Assembly: GCA_037129095.1 (NCBI GenBank)
Contig: JBAXVL010000001.1
Location: 53,437 to 117,436 of the forward strand
Length of the DNA: 64,000 nt
Source of the DNA: Actinomycetota bacterium
GTDB taxonomy: Bacteria > Actinomycetota > Acidimicrobiia > Acidimicrobiales > Ilumatobacteraceae
Direction: 5' to 3'
The notes under the pieces: model-generated
What the model was told of the DNA's origin: nothing
The model's database searches: none
What the model saw: the letters and a program-made list of their open reading frames with translations, nothing else
Translations under genes and position numbers: made by a program
Shown: positions 28,561 to 37,802 of the stretch, one piece after another
Layout of the letters: each line of letters begins with the position of its first letter
How positions within the stretch are numbered: the first letter of the stretch is position 1

Positions 28561-29210
28561 TAGATTTCTCCGGCTAGCAATCTGTTCGCGTGAGCTACTG
28601 CCCACTCAAGATCTTCTGGCGAAGTGATCTTTCGATTCACGACTTCACCTTCAACAACAACTACTTCGCCACCAATGCGTTCGATGAGGGCTGCATCATC
28701 AGTTCCTTCGCCACCTTGTTCATGGGCACGTCGTAGCGACGACGCACGAAACGCTTGAGGAGTTTGCACTGCACGCAATGTCTCACGACGTGGCGTTCCA
28801 ACAACAACTTCTGATTCGTTCACTTGCTTAATGGTGTCGACTACTGCAACGCCAGGAACTGCGGCATCAGCGCCATCGACCACCGCAGAAATCACGCGCT
28901 GAAAAATGGCCGGGCTTGCAAAAGGACGCGCTGCGTCATGCACACAGACAATGGTGGCATCGCTTGGCACTGCAGCTAAACCTTTGCGCACAGATTCAGA
29001 ACGAGTAGCACCGCCTTCCACTTGCCCTGGGCCGTTGGCCTCACCGTGTGGAAGAACAACCACAACTCCTACGGAGTGCTGAGAGGCTTCTTCGACCGCC
29101 CAGTCAACAATGCGCTTACCGCCGATGACCTCAAACTGCTTCGCGGCTCCGAATCGGAGACCCGATCCGGCTGCGACCACAATTGTCCATACGGTTTCAT
29201 TTTGAGCCAT
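28560..29210 (-). CDS. ispD: 2-C-methyl-D-erythritol 4-phosphate cytidylyltransferase
   Basis: WTIVVAAGSGLRFG..KQF, VVHDAARPF and DTIK motifs. 216 aa. Confidence 0.9.
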   Translation of the reverse strand: MAQNETVWTIVVAAGSGLRFGAAKQFEVIGGKRIVDWAVEEASQHSVGVVVVLPHGEANGPGQVEGGATRSESVRKGLAAVPSDATIVCVHDAARPFASPAIFQRVISAVVDGADAAVPGVAVVDTIKQVNESEVVVGTPRRETLRAVQTPQAFRASSLRRAHEQGGEGTDDAALIERIGGEVVVVEGEVVNRKITSPEDLEWAVAHANRLLAGEI

Positions 29211-29238
29211 GCAGGAAGGGTAGTACCGTCACATAGAT

Positions 29239-29904
29239 ATGGCACACGAACAAGTTCTTGCAGATACCGAATTCTTTGCAAATGCCCCTGCCTCCATGCT
29301 GTCCCTGATAGCTGCGGCCGGCAAAGTAAAGAACCTAGTCAGAGGCGATGTCCTCTTTGAATCTGGCGACGAGCCCAACTGCATCTATGTGGTCCTTTCT
29401 GGGCGCATCGCCATTGCCATTGGCAACAAACCATTCGACAATCGCGAAACTGTTATCGCGCTCATGGATGAGGGCGACCTTTTCGGCGAGATGGGAATGC
29501 TCGACGCCAGCACTCGTTCTGCAGGCGCCCGCGCACTCGAGCCATCAACTGTTCTTGAACTTCCCTATTCAGCTGTCACCGAACAACTGAACTCTTCGAG
29601 CGAACTGATGTGGAATGTCATCGGCATGCTGAGTCGTCGCCTACGTGCGATGGACCAAGCTTTGGCAGACAGTGTGTTTCTTGATGTCACCGGACGTACT
29701 GCAAAACGCTTGCTTGAATTGTCCGACGGAAAAGATGAATTCACATTGCCAGTGACGCAAGAAGAACTTGCGGGCATGGTTGGTGCATCTCGCGAACGTG
29801 TCAACAAAGCAATTGCTAGTTTCATCAAATTGCATTGGCTTGAACAGCGCGATCGTTCGTATCGTATTCTTGAGCGCGAAAAACTGTCACAACGCGCGTT
29901 GTAA
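29239..29904 (+). CDS. crp: Crp/GlxR-type cAMP-receptor transcriptional regulator
   Basis: The cNMP-binding domain (GDLFGEMGMLD...RSAGARA) and the C-terminal HTH TQEELAGMVGASRERVNKAIASF. It is collinear with mycobacterial Crp as I recall it. Confidence 0.9.
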   Translation: MAHEQVLADTEFFANAPASMLSLIAAAGKVKNLVRGDVLFESGDEPNCIYVVLSGRIAIAIGNKPFDNRETVIALMDEGDLFGEMGMLDASTRSAGARALEPSTVLELPYSAVTEQLNSSSELMWNVIGMLSRRLRAMDQALADSVFLDVTGRTAKRLLELSDGKDEFTLPVTQEELAGMVGASRERVNKAIASFIKLHWLEQRDRSYRILEREKLSQRAL

Positions 29905-29912
29905 TTTGCTGT

Positions 29913-30575
29913 TTAGCGCACTGCGCTCAGTAACCAATCTTTTGCACGAGAAAATGCATCTGCTGCATCATCTGGTCTGTGCGCCGGACGTGACGCATCA
30001 TGGGCAAATGCATGTTCAGCTTCGGGATACAGCACCACTTGTACACCTGTGGAGCGAAGTTGATCAATGTCAACAATCGGTGTGTAGTGATCTTTTTCGC
30101 CCACAATTGCAAGAACCCCTTCTGCATACCCTGCAATCAACATGCCAAGTGGTTCACCTTGTGTTGGGCTGCGCCATCCTTCAGGAATTGTGATCATTCC
30201 GTAAAAACTCACGATGCGCGCAAAACGTTCATCGCGTGCAGCTTTGAAGCAATACATACCGCCCATACAAAAACCAATCAGGCCAACAGTCTCTGTGCCC
30301 AATGCATCAGCTGCCTCTAATAAGTCGCTCAAATTCTTTGCATCATCAAGCGCGGGCACTGCTGCAAAACGCGGATCAATGTCCGGACCAAGTTCCATGC
30401 CAGGAAACGGATCGACAGCAATAACCGACATTCCCCACTCGCGAGAAAAACGTTCCACCAAATCGTCGTACAGCGGCCGTAGTCCAAATATGTCTGGCGC
30501 AACAACGAGTCCCATCACAGGAGAGTCATGACGAACGATTTCAGCAGAGGTACCTGACGGAAGAGTGATGCGCAT
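29913..30575 (-). CDS. dienelactone hydrolase family protein
   Basis: The ATG at 30575 (MRITLPSGTSAEIV) is used. The nucleophile elbow is GLIGFCMGG, followed by the C-terminal YPEAEHAFAHD motif. Confidence 0.8.
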   Translation of the reverse strand: MRITLPSGTSAEIVRHDSPVMGLVVAPDIFGLRPLYDDLVERFSREWGMSVIAVDPFPGMELGPDIDPRFAAVPALDDAKNLSDLLEAADALGTETVGLIGFCMGGMYCFKAARDERFARIVSFYGMITIPEGWRSPTQGEPLGMLIAGYAEGVLAIVGEKDHYTPIVDIDQLRSTGVQVVLYPEAEHAFAHDASRPAHRPDDAADAFSRAKDWLLSAVR

Positions 30576-30659
30576 CTTCTCAGTATTGCCGACTAGGTGA
30601 GGCAGTCGGTGAGACGTCGGGCCAAGGGTCCGTCTAGGCGTGTTTCGCACAGTCACCAC

Positions 30660-31478
30660 ATGACAACTGCAATTCACCCCTATAACCAAAATCCCGATAA
30701 TCACCCACAAGAAAAGGAGCTACCAACCACCCTCGTCTGGTCCACTGCCACCTCTGGGCCAGTTCGCCAATTCATCGACGAATGGGACCGCCTCAGCCAC
30801 CGGCCGGCCGTGTTGCGCCGCGTGAACTCGTGGGACTTCTTGCCCCGGCCGGTCGAAAATCTCGATGACTTGCTGACTGTCTGTGGGTTTGGCACAGCGC
30901 ATGATGATGAAGCTGGCGACCAAGTGCTCTGGCATGTCACTCGCCTCGCTGCGCACGACGATCTTGCGGCTCGAGTCTGTCTTCATCGCATCATGCCAGC
31001 CATCATGTCTGTGGCGCGTCGACGTGGTCGCATCACCGAAGGCGGAGTACAAAATGCAATCGGAGATGTGATCTCTACTGCATGGATTGTCATTCGTGAG
31101 TTTCCCTGCGATCGGCGACAAACAAAAATTGCAGCCAACCTTGTTCGTGACGTTGAATATTACGGGTTCGTACGAGACCAACGGCTGCGTCGAGTCGTGG
31201 AAACAAAAATGCAATTTGATGAGTTCGACTACATGATTGAAGAAGTCATCAATGTCACTGCTGATCAAGAACTTGATGATGTTCTTTCCTATGCATCCGA
31301 AATGGGAGTCAGTGACTACCACATCGGGCTTTTACAGGAACTGGGCAAAGGAACTCATGGTGACAACATCGCAATTAGCCAAGGTGTGTCTCCACGCACA
31401 GTTCGCAATCACAGAAGAAATGCGGTTGATCAGGTAAAGCGTGCGTTATTGAAAGATGTGTCGCGTGAAATGAGTTAG
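30660..31478 (+). CDS. orphan sigma-70-like / HTH (region-4-like) protein
   Basis: The ATG at 30660 (MTTAIHPY) is used. A central helical region [23 protein letters not shown] ... [12 protein letters not shown] resembles sigma region 2. The C-terminal [28 protein letters not shown] resembles a sigma region 4/LuxR-type HTH. No confident family assignment. Confidence 0.5.
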   Translation: MTTAIHPYNQNPDNHPQEKELPTTLVWSTATSGPVRQFIDEWDRLSHRPAVLRRVNSWDFLPRPVENLDDLLTVCGFGTAHDDEAGDQVLWHVTRLAAHDDLAARVCLHRIMPAIMSVARRRGRITEGGVQNAIGDVISTAWIVIREFPCDRRQTKIAANLVRDVEYYGFVRDQRLRRVVETKMQFDEFDYMIEEVINVTADQELDDVLSYASEMGVSDYHIGLLQELGKGTHGDNIAISQGVSPRTVRNHRRNAVDQVKRALLKDVSREMS

Positions 31479-33718
31479 CGATGCAACTTCACGCGACGTA
31501 AGCGCAAACTGTTTGTCACTACAAATACAGATGAAGATGCCATGGCAAGGCCCGCCCACATGGGGTTCAATCTGCCAGAAGCAGCTAACGGAATCGCAGC
31601 CACGTTGTATGCAAAAGCCCAGAACACATTGGTCCGAATGGTGCGAAGTGTTGCACGCGACAAACGAATTGCATCAGGAACTGATCGCAAGTCACCGTTC
31701 ACAATGGTGAGGTCACTTGCCTGCATAGCAACATCAGTTCCGCCACCCATTGCAATACCAACATCTGCTTGCGTGAGTGCCGCTGCATCATTCACACCAT
31801 CACCAACCATCGCAACTGCGTAGCCACGTTCTTGTAAATCACGAACCACTGCAACTTTGTCTTCTGGCATCACGCCTGCATACAAATGATGCTCATCAGT
31901 TTCGATGCCGACAGAGTCAGCAATTGCACGAGCAGTTGTGGCGTTATCGCCAGTCAACAAGATTGGTGCGAGCCCCATCAGACGCAGAGATGCGATTGCC
32001 TCAGCACTGGTCGGTTTGGGCTGATCAGCCAATGAAATCACGGCCTTTGCTTGCCCGTCCCAGGTGACGATGACTGCTGTGTGGCCAAGTTCGCGCGAGG
32101 CTGCAAGCGCATCTCGAATGGCTTTCGGCAAGATCACAAGACGTTCACGGAACATTTCTTCGCGCCCCACCGTGATGATGGTGCCGCCAATGCGACCCGT
32201 TGCACCTACGCCTGGCAAGGATTCAAACTCATCAAGCGATGGCAGCACACCAACTTCTTCTTCAGCAGAACGCACGATGGCACGCGCAATGGGGTGCTCG
32301 CTGCTTTTCTCTACAGCACCAGCATTTCGTAACGCTTCATCGCGAGACACACCGTCAACACACATCACATCGACCAATGTCATCACACCAGTTGTGACAG
32401 TGCCTGTTTTGTCAAGTACCACAGTGTCAATGCGTCGAGTGCTCTGCAAAACATCAATTCCTTTAATGACAATTCCCATTTGAGCAGCACGACCACTACC
32501 CACCATCAAAGCAGTCGGTGTTGCAAGGCCCAGCGCACATGGGCACGCAATGATCAGCACTGCCACTGCTGCAGTAAACGCTTTCGAGGCATTGCCATCG
32601 AAATACAACCAACCAGCCAGTGTCAGCGCACTGATAATAAATACGGTCGGCACAAAAATACTGCTGACCTTGTCTGCAAACTTCTGCACAGGAGCCTTTG
32701 TAGCTTGTGCCTCACGAACCAACTTGGCCATGCGGGCAAATGTTGTTTCAGCACCCACTCGAGTAGCGCGCACCACAATGCGACCGTTCATGTTCACAGT
32801 TGCTGATGTGACTGAATCGCCTACAACGACATCAACCGGCACACTCTCGCCTGTCACCATGCTCATATCAATGCTGGAAGCTCCTTCGGCAACAACACCA
32901 TCTGCCGCAATCTTTTCCCCTGGACGAACAACAATCATGTCGCCCTCGCGCACCACTGATGCAGGGATTGATACCTCAACGCCATCACGCAATACCGTGG
33001 CGTACTTTGCACCTAATGCCAACAACGACCGCAATGCATCACCCGCAGAATGCTTTGCACGCATTTCTAAAAAGCGACCCACCAAAATGAACGACGTCAC
33101 TGTGGCCCCGACTTCGAAATACACATGCGACGAACTGGATTGCGTCATTGTCATTCCGGCATGACCGGCGGATGCAATTGCATCGCCCCACACCACAGCC
33201 CAAATGCTCCAAGCCGTTGCAGCAACAACGCCAACACTGATGAGAGTGTCCATGGTGGACGAGCCATGCATTGCATTACGAAAAGCTGCCTTATGGAAAG
33301 GCCATGCCCCCCATGTAACTACTGGTGCAGACAAACCCATCGCCCACCATTGCCAGTTGTGAAACTGCCACGCCATCACCATCGACAACAGAACAACAGG
33401 AATGGTGAATGCAACTGAAATTCCCAAACGAATAGAAGCCGCACGAAGACGTGCTTCAAGATCATCGTCGAAAGGCTGGTCGTCCATCACGCGCGCTGAG
33501 TACCCAGCATGTTCAATTGCCTTGATGACAGTTGCCTCGGAAACCGAACCTCCGTCGAAAGCAACCATGGCTGTTTCTGTTGCATAGTTGACTGCAGCTT
33601 CAACACCAGTTATTTCGTTGAGTTCTTTCTGAATCTTGGCAGCACACGCACCGCAAGTCATTCCTTGAACAGCAAGTTCCACTTCAATAATGGAAGCGGG
33701 AGGCAACACAACACTCAT
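31475..33718 (-). CDS. copA: copper-translocating P1B-type ATPase
   Basis: The N-terminal HMA domain [15 protein letters not shown], plus the TGES, CPC ([13 protein letters not shown]), DKTGTVT and [10 protein letters not shown] motifs. 747 aa. Confidence 0.92.
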   Translation of the reverse strand: MSVVLPPASIIEVELAVQGMTCGACAAKIQKELNEITGVEAAVNYATETAMVAFDGGSVSEATVIKAIEHAGYSARVMDDQPFDDDLEARLRAASIRLGISVAFTIPVVLLSMVMAWQFHNWQWWAMGLSAPVVTWGAWPFHKAAFRNAMHGSSTMDTLISVGVVAATAWSIWAVVWGDAIASAGHAGMTMTQSSSSHVYFEVGATVTSFILVGRFLEMRAKHSAGDALRSLLALGAKYATVLRDGVEVSIPASVVREGDMIVVRPGEKIAADGVVAEGASSIDMSMVTGESVPVDVVVGDSVTSATVNMNGRIVVRATRVGAETTFARMAKLVREAQATKAPVQKFADKVSSIFVPTVFIISALTLAGWLYFDGNASKAFTAAVAVLIIACPCALGLATPTALMVGSGRAAQMGIVIKGIDVLQSTRRIDTVVLDKTGTVTTGVMTLVDVMCVDGVSRDEALRNAGAVEKSSEHPIARAIVRSAEEEVGVLPSLDEFESLPGVGATGRIGGTIITVGREEMFRERLVILPKAIRDALAASRELGHTAVIVTWDGQAKAVISLADQPKPTSAEAIASLRLMGLAPILLTGDNATTARAIADSVGIETDEHHLYAGVMPEDKVAVVRDLQERGYAVAMVGDGVNDAAALTQADVGIAMGGGTDVAMQASDLTIVNGDLRSVPDAIRLSRATLRTIRTNVFWAFAYNVAAIPLAASGRLNPMWAGLAMASSSVFVVTNSLRLRRVKLHR

Positions 33719-33723
33719 ACCTA

Positions 33724-34494
33724 TTACCTACCACCGAAATCAGGTGAGCGCTTTGCCAGAAACGCATTGATGCCTTCTTGTGCAACATCAGACACCACAG
33801 CATCAGCCATAATTGCCGAAGCGAACGCATATGCCTGATCTTCAGGCAACACAATTTGCTCGTAGTAGGCATGCTTACCAATTGCTTTGGATTCACGTGA
33901 TCCTCGCGTTGCACGCGACATCAGGTCAGTCACTGCCGCATTAAGTTCGTCATCAGCGACAACAGCGTTCACAAAGCCCCACTCATACGCAGTCGCTGCA
34001 GAAATCACATCGCCGGTCATGGCCATCTCCAACGCACGCTTTGGTGAAAGATTTCGCGCAACCGCAACTAGCGGCGTATGACAAAACAATCCGCCCTTGC
34101 CTCCCGGTATCGCGAACCCAGCAGACTCAGCAGCAACTGCGAGATCACACGTAGCCACAAGTTGACACCCGGCAGCAGTTGCAAGAGCGTGTACTCGGGC
34201 AATAACAACTTGTGGAATGCGATGCATCAACTGCATCAAGTTGGAACACACAGTAAAAAGTTCGAATGCATCATCTCGTGACGTGCCTGCCATCTCACCA
34301 AAATTATGACCAGCTGAAAAAACAGGGCCTTGCGCTGCCAACACAACACCCAGGGCATCAGACACAGCTACCTCTTCAAAGGCAGCAGTGAGTTCCTGTA
34401 GAACATCTAGCGATAACGCATTGCGTTTGGCTGGGTTGCACAATGTGATGGTGACAATGTCAGCCTCACGAGCTACTCGAACTTTTTGGTCCAT
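33724..34494 (-). CDS. enoyl-CoA hydratase/isomerase (crotonase) family protein
   Basis: [13 protein letters not shown] ... [19 protein letters not shown] ... [28 protein letters not shown]. Confidence 0.85.
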   Translation of the reverse strand: MDQKVRVAREADIVTITLCNPAKRNALSLDVLQELTAAFEEVAVSDALGVVLAAQGPVFSAGHNFGEMAGTSRDDAFELFTVCSNLMQLMHRIPQVVIARVHALATAAGCQLVATCDLAVAAESAGFAIPGGKGGLFCHTPLVAVARNLSPKRALEMAMTGDVISAATAYEWGFVNAVVADDELNAAVTDLMSRATRGSRESKAIGKHAYYEQIVLPEDQAYAFASAIMADAVVSDVAQEGINAFLAKRSPDFGGR

Positions 34495-34532
34495 AACAAA
34501 CCTCCATGGTCACCATATATATGGCAACCAAT

Positions 34533-34608
34533 TGGTGCGCCCTCTGGGGCTCGAACCCAGGACCTGCGGATTAAAAGTCCGTTGCTCTACCGACTGAGCT
34601 AAAGGCGC
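34533..34608 (-). tRNA. tRNA-Lys (anticodon UUU), CCA encoded
   Basis: The reverse complement is GCGCCTTTAGCTCAGTCGGTAGAGCAACGGACTTTTAATCCGCAGGTCCTGGGTTCGAGCCCCAGAGGGCGCACCA. It folds as a cloverleaf with anticodon loop CTTTTAA and T-arm CTGGG-TTCGAGC-CCCAG. Confidence 0.95.
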
Positions 34609-34906
34609 GGAAGGAACGGAATTCGGAGCGAAGCTCGCCCAGAACGCTGATTACATCCGTTTTCCATACTAGTTCGCCCGAACCGAATACCTTCAGACCG
34701 ATAGCAAGGTCACAGAAATTTGCCCACTTCAGTGAGATTTATCTGAAATGTGAACCAGACAGCGCACAGCACTGATCTTTGACTCTCGGAATTGGGGAGC
34801 GGCGACTGTCTAGGCCGCGGGTGGCGAGGCTGTTCGCACGCCAGTCAAGATTATTTTCCTTGTGTTCTTCCCACCGATGGCACTCTGAACACAAATAGTT
34901 GAATAG

Positions 34907-36559
34907 TTAAAAAGCCCGCACTGGACGCACGTAGAACGTGGTCACCTTATTGAGGACGTAAATCCCTTGGTTGAAGTGCTGGGTCCACACGCTGTTCGCG
35001 TCGTACTCAGACGAACTCGGATAGAAGACAGAAGCAAAACCACGCAACGTTGGTGGATTTCCCCCAGAGCATACGGTGCTAGCACCAGCGGCTTGGCCTG
35101 TGTTGCGTGCATATTTACACACCTCGTTCAATTCATCCTTGGAAGGCAAAAACCAATCAGATGCTGTTGCAGTTGTGTAGGCATCAGCAACACCGGCTGC
35201 ATACGCAGTCTTAACTTCGCCGCCAGCAACATGACGAGCAACAATTGCAGCAGTTGCAGCACGACCCATGCCTAAACCAATGTAACCAAGAGCAGTTCCC
35301 GCATCAGACAGAAACGATGTTTGACAACTAGCATCTGCTGCTGTGCCACATTTCGGGTTTTCGGTTGACCATACAACACCAGTCGAAGCGTCAGCAGGTG
35401 CAACTTCTAAATAGTCATACCCAGACATCTCATTAGTTGAATCAACATACACAATTGTTCCGCCACCTGGTCCTTGCACACCAACAGCGCACAACGTTGT
35501 TCCAGTTGATCCGCACACACTGCGCGCAGTGAACCCAGTTGGTGACGACGCACCAGCAGCGCCAGTGTCGCCCTTCGCACCAGTGTCACCCTTCGCACCC
35601 GCAACACCGGCTGCACCAGTGTCACCCTTCGCACCCTGAATACCTTGAGCACCAGTCGCACCAGTGTCGCCCTTCGCGCCAGTTGCACCAGTTGCACCAG
35701 TTGCACCAGTTGCACCAGTTAGCCCTACCAAAGAAACACCTGAAGGCCATATGCCTGCTGTTTTTGGTCCGTAAATAAGGCTGCTAAAGATATTGATGTA
35801 GAAGTCGCCGTTAGCACCAGTGCCGTCAGAAGGGGCACCGATACCATAAAGAACACTGCGTCCATCTGTGCCAGTGTCGCCCTTTGCCCCTGTGTCGCCC
35901 TTCAATCCCTGAATACCTTGTGCGCCAGTTTCACCCTTCGCTCCCGTGTCACCCTTCGCACCGGTATCGCCTCTCAATCCCTGAATACCTTGTGCGCCAG
36001 TGTCACCCTTCGCACCAGTAGCACCAGTGTCGCCTTTTGCACCAGTGTCGCCCTTCAATCCCTGAATACCTTGAGCACCAGTGTCGCCCTTTGCACCAGT
36101 TAGTCCTACCAAAGAAACACCTGAAGGCCATACGCCTGCTGTTTTTGGTCCGTAAAGAAAGTTGTTCGACATATTGATGTAGAAGTCGCCGTTAGCCCCA
36201 GTGTCGACTGAAGGAGCGGTGGCACCATAAAGAACACTGCGTCCATCTGTTCCAGCAGCACCAGTATCGCCCTTCGCACCATCAGCACCAGAAACACTCA
36301 AATCAGCCTTGGCCCCGATTAAACCGCCAGTGTCGGCCTGATTCAAAACAATTTTTGTTTCCGTCCTTGAACACGATCCTCTCTTGGCATAACGCAATAC
36401 GTTCGTTTTTTTAGCTGCACACACCGTCACAGATTTCGGTGACGATTCTGCAAACACTCCAACACCACCGCCAACAGCGACACCACTGATGACCCCAACG
36501 AGAAGTAACACCCCAGCTAACTTGCGTGAAAAATGCTCAGACTTAGACAAAATCTTCAT
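34907..36559 (-). CDS. secreted/anchored collagen-like repeat protein with C-terminal DUF1566 (Lcl C-terminal) domain
   Basis: The start is ATG 36559 (MKILSKSEHFSRKLAGVLLLVGVISGV...) or 36577. There are three G-X-Y tracts (GAKGDTGAQGIQGLKGDTG...) and two copies of a 47-aa module (DGRSVLYG..AP...GANGDFYIN....YGPKTAG.WPSGVSLVG). The C-terminus DWFLPSKDELNEV ... FYPSSSEY...VWTQHFNQG....K...FYVRPVRAF matches DUF1566. Confidence 0.85.
   Translation of the reverse strand: MKILSKSEHFSRKLAGVLLLVGVISGVAVGGGVGVFAESSPKSVTVCAAKKTNVLRYAKRGSCSRTETKIVLNQADTGGLIGAKADLSVSGADGAKGDTGAAGTDGRSVLYGATAPSVDTGANGDFYINMSNNFLYGPKTAGVWPSGVSLVGLTGAKGDTGAQGIQGLKGDTGAKGDTGATGAKGDTGAQGIQGLRGDTGAKGDTGAKGETGAQGIQGLKGDTGAKGDTGTDGRSVLYGIGAPSDGTGANGDFYINIFSSLIYGPKTAGIWPSGVSLVGLTGATGATGATGATGAKGDTGATGAQGIQGAKGDTGAAGVAGAKGDTGAKGDTGAAGASSPTGFTARSVCGSTGTTLCAVGVQGPGGGTIVYVDSTNEMSGYDYLEVAPADASTGVVWSTENPKCGTAADASCQTSFLSDAGTALGYIGLGMGRAATAAIVARHVAGGEVKTAYAAGVADAYTTATASDWFLPSKDELNEVCKYARNTGQAAGASTVCSGGNPPTLRGFASVFYPSSSEYDANSVWTQHFNQGIYVLNKVTTFYVRPVRAF
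35552..36289 (-). repeat. collagen-type G-X-Y coding tandem repeats plus a 141-nt module duplicated at 381-nt spacing
   Basis: The G-X-Y tracts are at 36242-36289, 35861-36106 and 35552-35725, with 9-nt units such as ggtgacactggtgcgaagggc variants. Near-identical modules lie at 36107-36247 and 35726-35866. Confidence 0.9.
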
Positions 36560-36564
36560 GACTG

Positions 36565-36586
36565 TAGAATAGTGCATTCTATGCAC
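36565..36586. promoter_or_regulatory. two overlapping palindromes in the collagen-like/TetR divergent region (candidate TetR operator)
   Basis: TAGAAT-agtgc-ATTCTA (36565-36581) overlaps GTGCAT-tct-ATGCAC (36572-36586). They lie 6 nt from the 36559 start codon and 57 nt from the TetR start. Confidence 0.3.
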
Positions 36587-36642
36587 AAATGCAACCGTAC
36601 GGACCAACTTGCCTCCTCGGGTTACACCCAGAGACCGTTACA

Positions 36643-37293
36643 ATGGACAAAATGGGGCCAGCATTGCAGAAAAAAACGCCGCCCGCTCCTGCGCCAAAGA
36701 AACCGCGGCTCAGCCAGACCGAAGCCATGGTACGCATGGTGGACGCCACGTACCGTCTGCTGCTGCAATTTCACCCCGCAGAAGTAACAGTCGCACGAAT
36801 TTGTGAAAAGGCTGGCGTTCACTCAGATTATGTAGTCCGCTATTTCGGTTCTCGAGACGAACTTTTATGTCAAGCCGTCGATGCTGCATTTTCAACTTTT
36901 TTCTCTGATAACGACGACAAAGACGCCACACGCCTCCAAGTCATTGTTGAAGAAGCTGATGCAATGGTGATGGCTAAGGCACGAGTGCGAACAATGGTGT
37001 ACTTGATGGGTTGTGGCATGAACCCCGAACGATTCCAAGAAGCTCAAAAAAAGGCCATCGACTCCATCTTGGCCCAATCCAGAAATCCAAAAGTGGCTGA
37101 CCGAACTGCACTTAACATGGTTCTTATCGGGTTAATGCTCATTCAAGGAACAAACACTTTTGCCGAAGTAAACAGCATGTCCCAACAACAAATTCAGGAC
37201 GTTCTTTCCTACGTCGGGTACCTAGGTCAGACCGGTGAAACGGTTGAGGCCGCTTTGGGGTGGGATCAACCCCAAGTGAAGAAGAAGAAATAA
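36643..37293 (+). CDS. TetR/AcrR family transcriptional regulator
   Basis: The ATG at 36643 (MDKMGPALQKK) is used. The HTH region is MVRMVDATYRLLLQFHPAEVTVARICEKAGVHSDYVVRYFGSRDELL. Confidence 0.85.
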   Translation: MDKMGPALQKKTPPAPAPKKPRLSQTEAMVRMVDATYRLLLQFHPAEVTVARICEKAGVHSDYVVRYFGSRDELLCQAVDAAFSTFFSDNDDKDATRLQVIVEEADAMVMAKARVRTMVYLMGCGMNPERFQEAQKKAIDSILAQSRNPKVADRTALNMVLIGLMLIQGTNTFAEVNSMSQQQIQDVLSYVGYLGQTGETVEAALGWDQPQVKKKK

Positions 37294-37341
37294 CTACGCG
37301 CTTGCTCGTGACCAAAAATTCATAACTGATGCATTGAATCT

Positions 37342-37710
37342 ATGACAGCTAACACCACAGAACTTATTGGGGTTTACGATGCTGACTCAACATTGTTGGG
37401 CGAAATCTCATACTGGGTTGGTGCTCGTCTTGGCACCGCTAATTGTTCGCTATGCGAACTAACTCATGGCCTCTTTACTAAGAAGTCCGAATGGAGAAAA
37501 TGCGCTGATTCACTCGCTGTTCCCTTTCGCCTGTTTCATCGAGATGACGCCCCCGGAGATGTCCTCATTGCACTTGCCGGTAAGTTTCCTGCTGTGTTGC
37601 AACAAACCACCAACGGTGTCTCAGTCATACTGACTAAAGAAGAGCTGGAGCGTTTCGATGGTCGCACCTCAGACTTTGCCGAGTGGATTACCGAATACCT
37701 CTCTTACTGA
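37342..37710 (+). CDS. hypothetical small protein with C-x-x-C (CSLCELTHG)
   Basis: 122 aa. The GVYDADSTLLGEISYWVGARLGTANCSLCELTHG segment resembles conserved actinobacterial hypotheticals I cannot name. Confidence 0.5.
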   Translation: MTANTTELIGVYDADSTLLGEISYWVGARLGTANCSLCELTHGLFTKKSEWRKCADSLAVPFRLFHRDDAPGDVLIALAGKFPAVLQQTTNGVSVILTKEELERFDGRTSDFAEWITEYLSY

Positions 37711-37744
37711 TTCAACTGAACCAGAACATCTCGCACTTGTAATT
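37708..37744 (+). repeat. 37-bp direct repeat, copy 1
   Basis: tgattcaactgaaccagaacatCtcgcacttgtaAtt. It is 35/37 identical to copy 2 at 38053-38089 and begins at the stop codon of the 37342..37710 ORF. Confidence 0.9.
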
Positions 37745-37802
37745 CCTATATTCGGACCATTCGGTACACATCGCTGTACAAAGCCCTAGTAGAGGATTTA
37801 CT

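Noticed and set aside
30720-31322. 200-aa minus-strand ORF opposite the sigma-like gene
   Set aside because: The plus-strand frame is longer and carries a recognisable C-terminal HTH. The minus-strand translation has no motif. Because the plus-strand family call is weak, the strand choice is about 80 percent confident rather than certain.
32550-33164. 204-aa plus-strand ORF (and neighbours at 31542-33838)
   Set aside because: It is antisense to the copper P-type ATPase, whose HMA/TGES/CPC/DKTGT motifs fix the coding strand.
26995-34608. Idea that the segment between tRNA-Thr and tRNA-Lys (or the segment 3' of tRNA-Lys) is an integrated element
   Set aside because: By eye I found no integrase/recombinase gene and no direct repeat of either tRNA 3' end. 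The segment contains core genes (rlmB, ispDF, crp). A computational repeat search is still advisable.
35552-36289. Short periodic repeats that could be mistaken for a CRISPR array or a VNTR in non-coding DNA
   Set aside because: The period is 9 nt with no spacers. The repeats are in frame and translate to collagen G-X-Y triplets inside a long ORF.
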